A stretch of 64,000 bases of DNA from the human T2T-CHM13v2.0 reference genome, Homo sapiens, in NCBI RefSeq assembly GCF_009914755.1, contig NC_060941.1; one strand, written 5' to 3'. Positions 59,611 to 64,000 of this stretch are shown here, in pieces. Position numbers and translations under genes: made by a program. A model generated the notes under the pieces. The model was not told where the DNA came from, made no database searches, and was given only the letters and a program-made list of their open reading frames with translations. The first letter of the stretch is position 1; every line of letters begins with the position of its first letter.

Positions 59611-62600
59611 GGATTGTATGCCAAAATACTGTATATTTTCTGGAAAGATGATCTAAGGCTTTTACCAATTTCTTACTGGGACCCATATCTGCAAAAGTTC
59701 AAGAACCTCTGATATAGACCCAACTTTGAGTTTAGGGACTATATTTTCTTTATTTGTATATCTTCAAAACCTAAAATATAGGGCCTTGATCATAACAGGC
59801 GCTCAATAAATGTATGTAGAATGAATGAGTGCCTTTTGTATGCAGGCCATGTATAGTATTAGGTTCTGGGGATACAGAATTTAGCCAACCAAGGACTCTA
59901 TTCTCAAGGAGCTTCTACTATGTGTGCTCTCTGAGAGAGCTGTTTTTCAGGGGTTGGAGTCAGGAGGCAGGTGGACATCCTTCCGCCTCAGCCAGTATGT
60001 GTTTGCATCATTATGATGCCTTGAGGGTGAAATTCAAGAAAGAACAAGTTCAGGGGAAACATAATAAACAAAGATGCTCAACTTCTGGGGTCCCAAATGT
60101 GAATTATCCTGCAGAAACCATATGCTGTGCAAGTAAACATATATGTGGGCATAAAAAAATAGAAGTGGAGACCTCATATTTGTTGGTGTCACAAAGTGAA
60201 TAATGCATTTTCTTAGCAGCTAGTTCCAGAATCCCGGTCCAACAAGGAGATTGCCTCTGTCCAAGAAAATATCTTGATAAGCTGCTCAGGGCAGAAGGTG
60301 AGAGACCCTGAAGGCATGGGTGTCCAGTGAAATGAATTGTTTATTTTTTCCTCACAATGCAGGAAAGAGACAAAGGAGATAGAAGAAGTGGAATAAGGGG
60401 AAAGATAAGAACTGGAAAGCTGAACCATAGCCCAGACCCAAGCAGGAGAAAGAGCAAGAAATGCCTATGAGAAAGCCGGAAAGAAACCCCTGGAATTTGG
60501 AAGAAAATGTCTAAAAGGTTGTTTTCAGGAGATGGCTGGAAGGTGTTCTCTGGGACCCTCCCTCATGACTCCTAAGTAACCACACTTGCAAATGCATCTT
60601 GCATTTTGTTTCCTCCAGCTTTGTTTTGGTTTTGCTATCATGGAACTGAGAAAAAGACTGAGTTACTCATCAGGATTGGTGTGGTCCCAAAGAGATATCA
60701 CTTGGTAAATGTAGTAACAGATTTAGTAGCAGGACCCTGGAGATGGAGGTTTCTAGGCTTGTGCTTCTGAAGTCTTAGGGACTTGGGGAAGGGTCTGGAA
60801 GCTCAGAGACTGTGGAACCATGGGATATCAGGGCATCTGTGCCTGGCACTTGCTCTACGACACTTTCTACTTGTAATGTTGGGCTGGTTTCTTAAATGTT
60901 CTGCTTCTGTTTTCTCACCTCTAGACTGAGGATAATAGTATCTTCTTCCTGGGGTCTTGGGGAGCTATCTAATGAGAAATGGAGACATCATACAAGACAT
61001 AGCACCTGGCACACACACTTATACATGTTAGCTCTCATTATTTTAGATGTCACTGGGTTGTTATTATTATTTCTTTTGTTGTTCCCAGTAGCTGACATTT
61101 GGGTAGCATTGGCCTGGTGGACTGGAAGCAACACAGGACTGAGGGTCAGAAAACCAGTCTGGTCTTTGCTCCTCCCCTAAACAGCCATGCGACCTTGAGG
61201 AAGTCACTTTGCCCTTCCAGGCTTCAGGCTTCCTCTTCCTCCTCTAACTGAAGAAATTCGACAAGACTTTCTCTGAGGGTTGTTTTTTCCCCTCAACCTG
61301 TAGGAGGCACCATGGCCCCGCAGCTCCCAGCCTCACAAAGCCTGTTTTGACATTGGAGGAAGCAGCCCTGTTGCAGTCCACGGTCCACTCCGAAATCCAT
61401 TTTCCCCACTCAGCATAACACTGAAATGAGACTGACTTGGTGTGTTTGTTTACACCCCTTGGGAAGTTATTTCCCCTTTCACTTAATTACCTGATATCCA
61501 GACATTGCTGTGCAAAATTCGCCTCAAATACATTTTGTAAAGTCATCTAGACTTGCTCCTCTGGTGCTTTGATTAAAATGTGCAATCTTCCCCAGGCTTC
61601 AGCACCTCATTAAATAATTGCACCTCCAGTGAGAAAGTAAACAGCACACTCCGGGGGCACAGAGAACAAGATAAACGTGGTGCACATCCAGCAGCTATTT
61701 TATACTCCATCCCCCGGGCAAACACATAACCTCTGGCTTAAGGGCTGGATGGATACTGGCTTTAAGTTGCTTTCTTTTTGCAATTTTTTTGGGAAGGAGT
61801 ATGATCTAGAAGCAGAGCAGAATCTCCTCTCCCCGCCCTTTCCCAGCTCAGTGTCTGCTTAACTTGGGCTCAGCCCCGGCGGAAGGACCAAGGGTTGGTT
61901 GTTCACTGGGAACCTGGCTCATCCCCTAGCAGCAACTTTGCATGCAAAGTACCAGGGGTGGGGGCTGGATACAGAGCACATTTCCTAGAGGGTGTTGCAG
62001 TGCTGTTAAGGGATTGGCAACTTTGAATCAAGTCCCACCTTTCTCATTAATTCTTGATGTTGACCTTGAGCATTTCACTTTACCTTTTCTGACCTTCATT
62101 TTCCCCCTGCCTCTTCTATAAAATGAATCTGGGGTACGACTATAGAGGGAGTGGCTGAGTTAGGATGGAGGAAAAAAATCAGTGGAAAAGATGAGGTCAA
62201 GGAACTGACTCACAAAGCCTATGATGACAGGTGATGATAATGACCAACAGCACAAGGAGCCACCTTTGGGCTCCAGGATAGGAAGCTTGATTCAAGATGA
62301 TGTCCTAACCACCATGGTCCCAAAAAAGGCTGAAGGATGCTGGTTGGTGAGGGTGTTGGTGGAAAGTTCTTTTCCGTGGCATTACAACTCCAAGGTATGG
62401 GAATTGAGGATCTAACCACCAGGCTGGCATAGATTCTTCTTGAATTTGTCTTCTTGTTCCACAGGGAATGGCAAGGAACCTGAGGAACCAGCGTGAGGAA
62501 AACCTGGATGATCTGACGTCTTCCTCACTTTATCCCTACCTGTCCACGCCTCCATCCATCCACCCATCCATCACTGATCAAGCTCTCACTATGTCTATAG

Positions 62601-63046
62601 TGTAGAAGGTGCCACCAAATGCAATGGAACCTCTTGTCTCATGTGTCTACTTGCATCTTTAAGTTGATACACGGAAGGCACAGTCCAAGCACAGGATACT
62701 GGAAGCTATGGAGGTACAGTGGCCTCTGAGCAAACTGAAAACTCTCTATCACTAAAGGGTTGGACATACAGGGTATCTCCTCTGCTCTGCCACCTACCTT
62801 GAGGATGCTTTACATGTGGCTAAAAGTGGAGGCAGAGATATTTGGATAAATAAATGCTAGAGAATTGGAAATTCCTAGGACAAGTCAATTTGGATATGTC
62901 TATGTCATCCTTTTTTTTCTAAGAGACACGTAACTCTGATCCTTAAGGAGTTAGAGAGTTCCCATAGCTTAGGGTCTGGAAGCCATATTCCTTTTTATGT
63001 AACATCCTTGAATATGCTACTCGTATACCCTAAATTTACTCTGTAA

Positions 63047-63348
63047 TTTTTTTTTTTTTTTATTTGAGAGGGAGTCTCACTCTGCTGCCTATCCTGAAGT
63101 GCAGTGGTGTGATCTTCACTCACTGCAACCTCCTCCACCCAAGTTCAAGCGATTTTCCCACCTCAGGCTCCTGAGTACCTGGGATTACAGGCACATGCCA
63201 CCACACCCGGCTAATTTTTGTGTTTCTAGTAGAAGCGGGATTTCACCATGTTGGCCAGGCTGGTCTCGAACTCCTGACCTCAGGTAACCCACCCACCTTA
63301 GCCTCCCAAAATGTTGGGATTTCAGGCATGAGCCACCATGCCTGGCCT
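63047..63348 (-). mobile_element. Alu (AluS-like)
   Basis: T tail plus dimer. Confidence 0.93.
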
Positions 63349-63879
63349 ATAATTATTCTTCACAACATATTTCAGCAATAGGATTAATTATATGTGTCAT
63401 TAATTATTCAATGTTTGTCTGTCTTACTAAAGTGTGAGCTCCAAAAGGACAGGAGCTTACCACAAATAGCTACAAATTACCTATACACATCCTAGGTACT
63501 GTTTTAAGCCCTTCAGATACAACCTGCTCACCCAGAACTCCCATTCTGGTTCCAGGATGGGGACAAAGGGAATTGCTACCTAACACAGTTGTCAGAAAAA
63601 GTCTCTCAAATCAGGTTGCATGAAAACGGAGACTGAAAGCAGTGAAGGACCATATCATGAAGCTCTCTGGGAGGAGGGGCATTTAAAGAAGAGAAAATGG
63701 AAAGTGCAAAGGTTTTGAGGGCTGGAACATGTTTGGTATATTCAAGGAACAGCAAGAAGACCAATGCAACTGTTGCAGAATAATCCCATGTGAGAGTGGT
63801 GGAAGATGAAATCAGAGAGGTAGCAGGTGGCCCTAGCTTTTACTCTGAGTGCGACGGGAAGCTGTTTTTGAGCAAGGGG

Positions 63880-63902
63880 AGAAAGACAGAGAGAGAGAGA
63901 GA

Positions 63903-63934
<32 letters not shown>
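63880..63934 (+). repeat. (GA)n microsatellite, interrupted
   Basis: Directly visible. Confidence 0.9.
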
Positions 63935-64000
63935 ATTGGGAGGTATGTGACTGGGAGGTATGTGACTCAGGAGTTGGGTTTTGTTCGTTTAAAGTTTGAG

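Noticed and set aside
61598-61618. REST/NRSE site (ttcagcacc)
   Set aside because: Only the left half-site is present; GGACAG is absent.

Overview
Primate, almost certainly human, genomic DNA. It is repeat-rich, with about 23 Alus plus L1, L2, MIR, MaLR LTRs and DNA-transposon fossils. The only supportable protein-coding gene is PIRT on the minus strand. Its 137-aa two-transmembrane CDS (7139-7552) lies within one exon, whose acceptor is at 7690; a non-coding first exon is inferred from a GTAAGT donor at 19853. The rest is intergenic: a weak CpG/GC-box island (~26.7-27.3 kb), a (GGT/GAT/GGA) VNTR (28.3-29.3 kb), a U6 retropseudogene and an RPL15 processed pseudogene. The most unusual structure is inside the RPL15 retrocopy. 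It is TSD-bounded and full-length at both ends, but about 20 codons are replaced by a ~375-bp patchwork of re-copied RPL15 pieces and inverted and direct copies of DNA 1.2-1.7 kb away. One of those copies preserves the empty site of a later THE1 LTR insertion. The PIRT leader has uORFs in all three frames, and the 3' region has no nearby canonical poly(A) hexamer. I found no evidence of a new multi-gene system. Repeat subfamily calls, repeat boundaries and pseudogene symbols were made by eye or from memory and need RepeatMasker/annotation confirmation.
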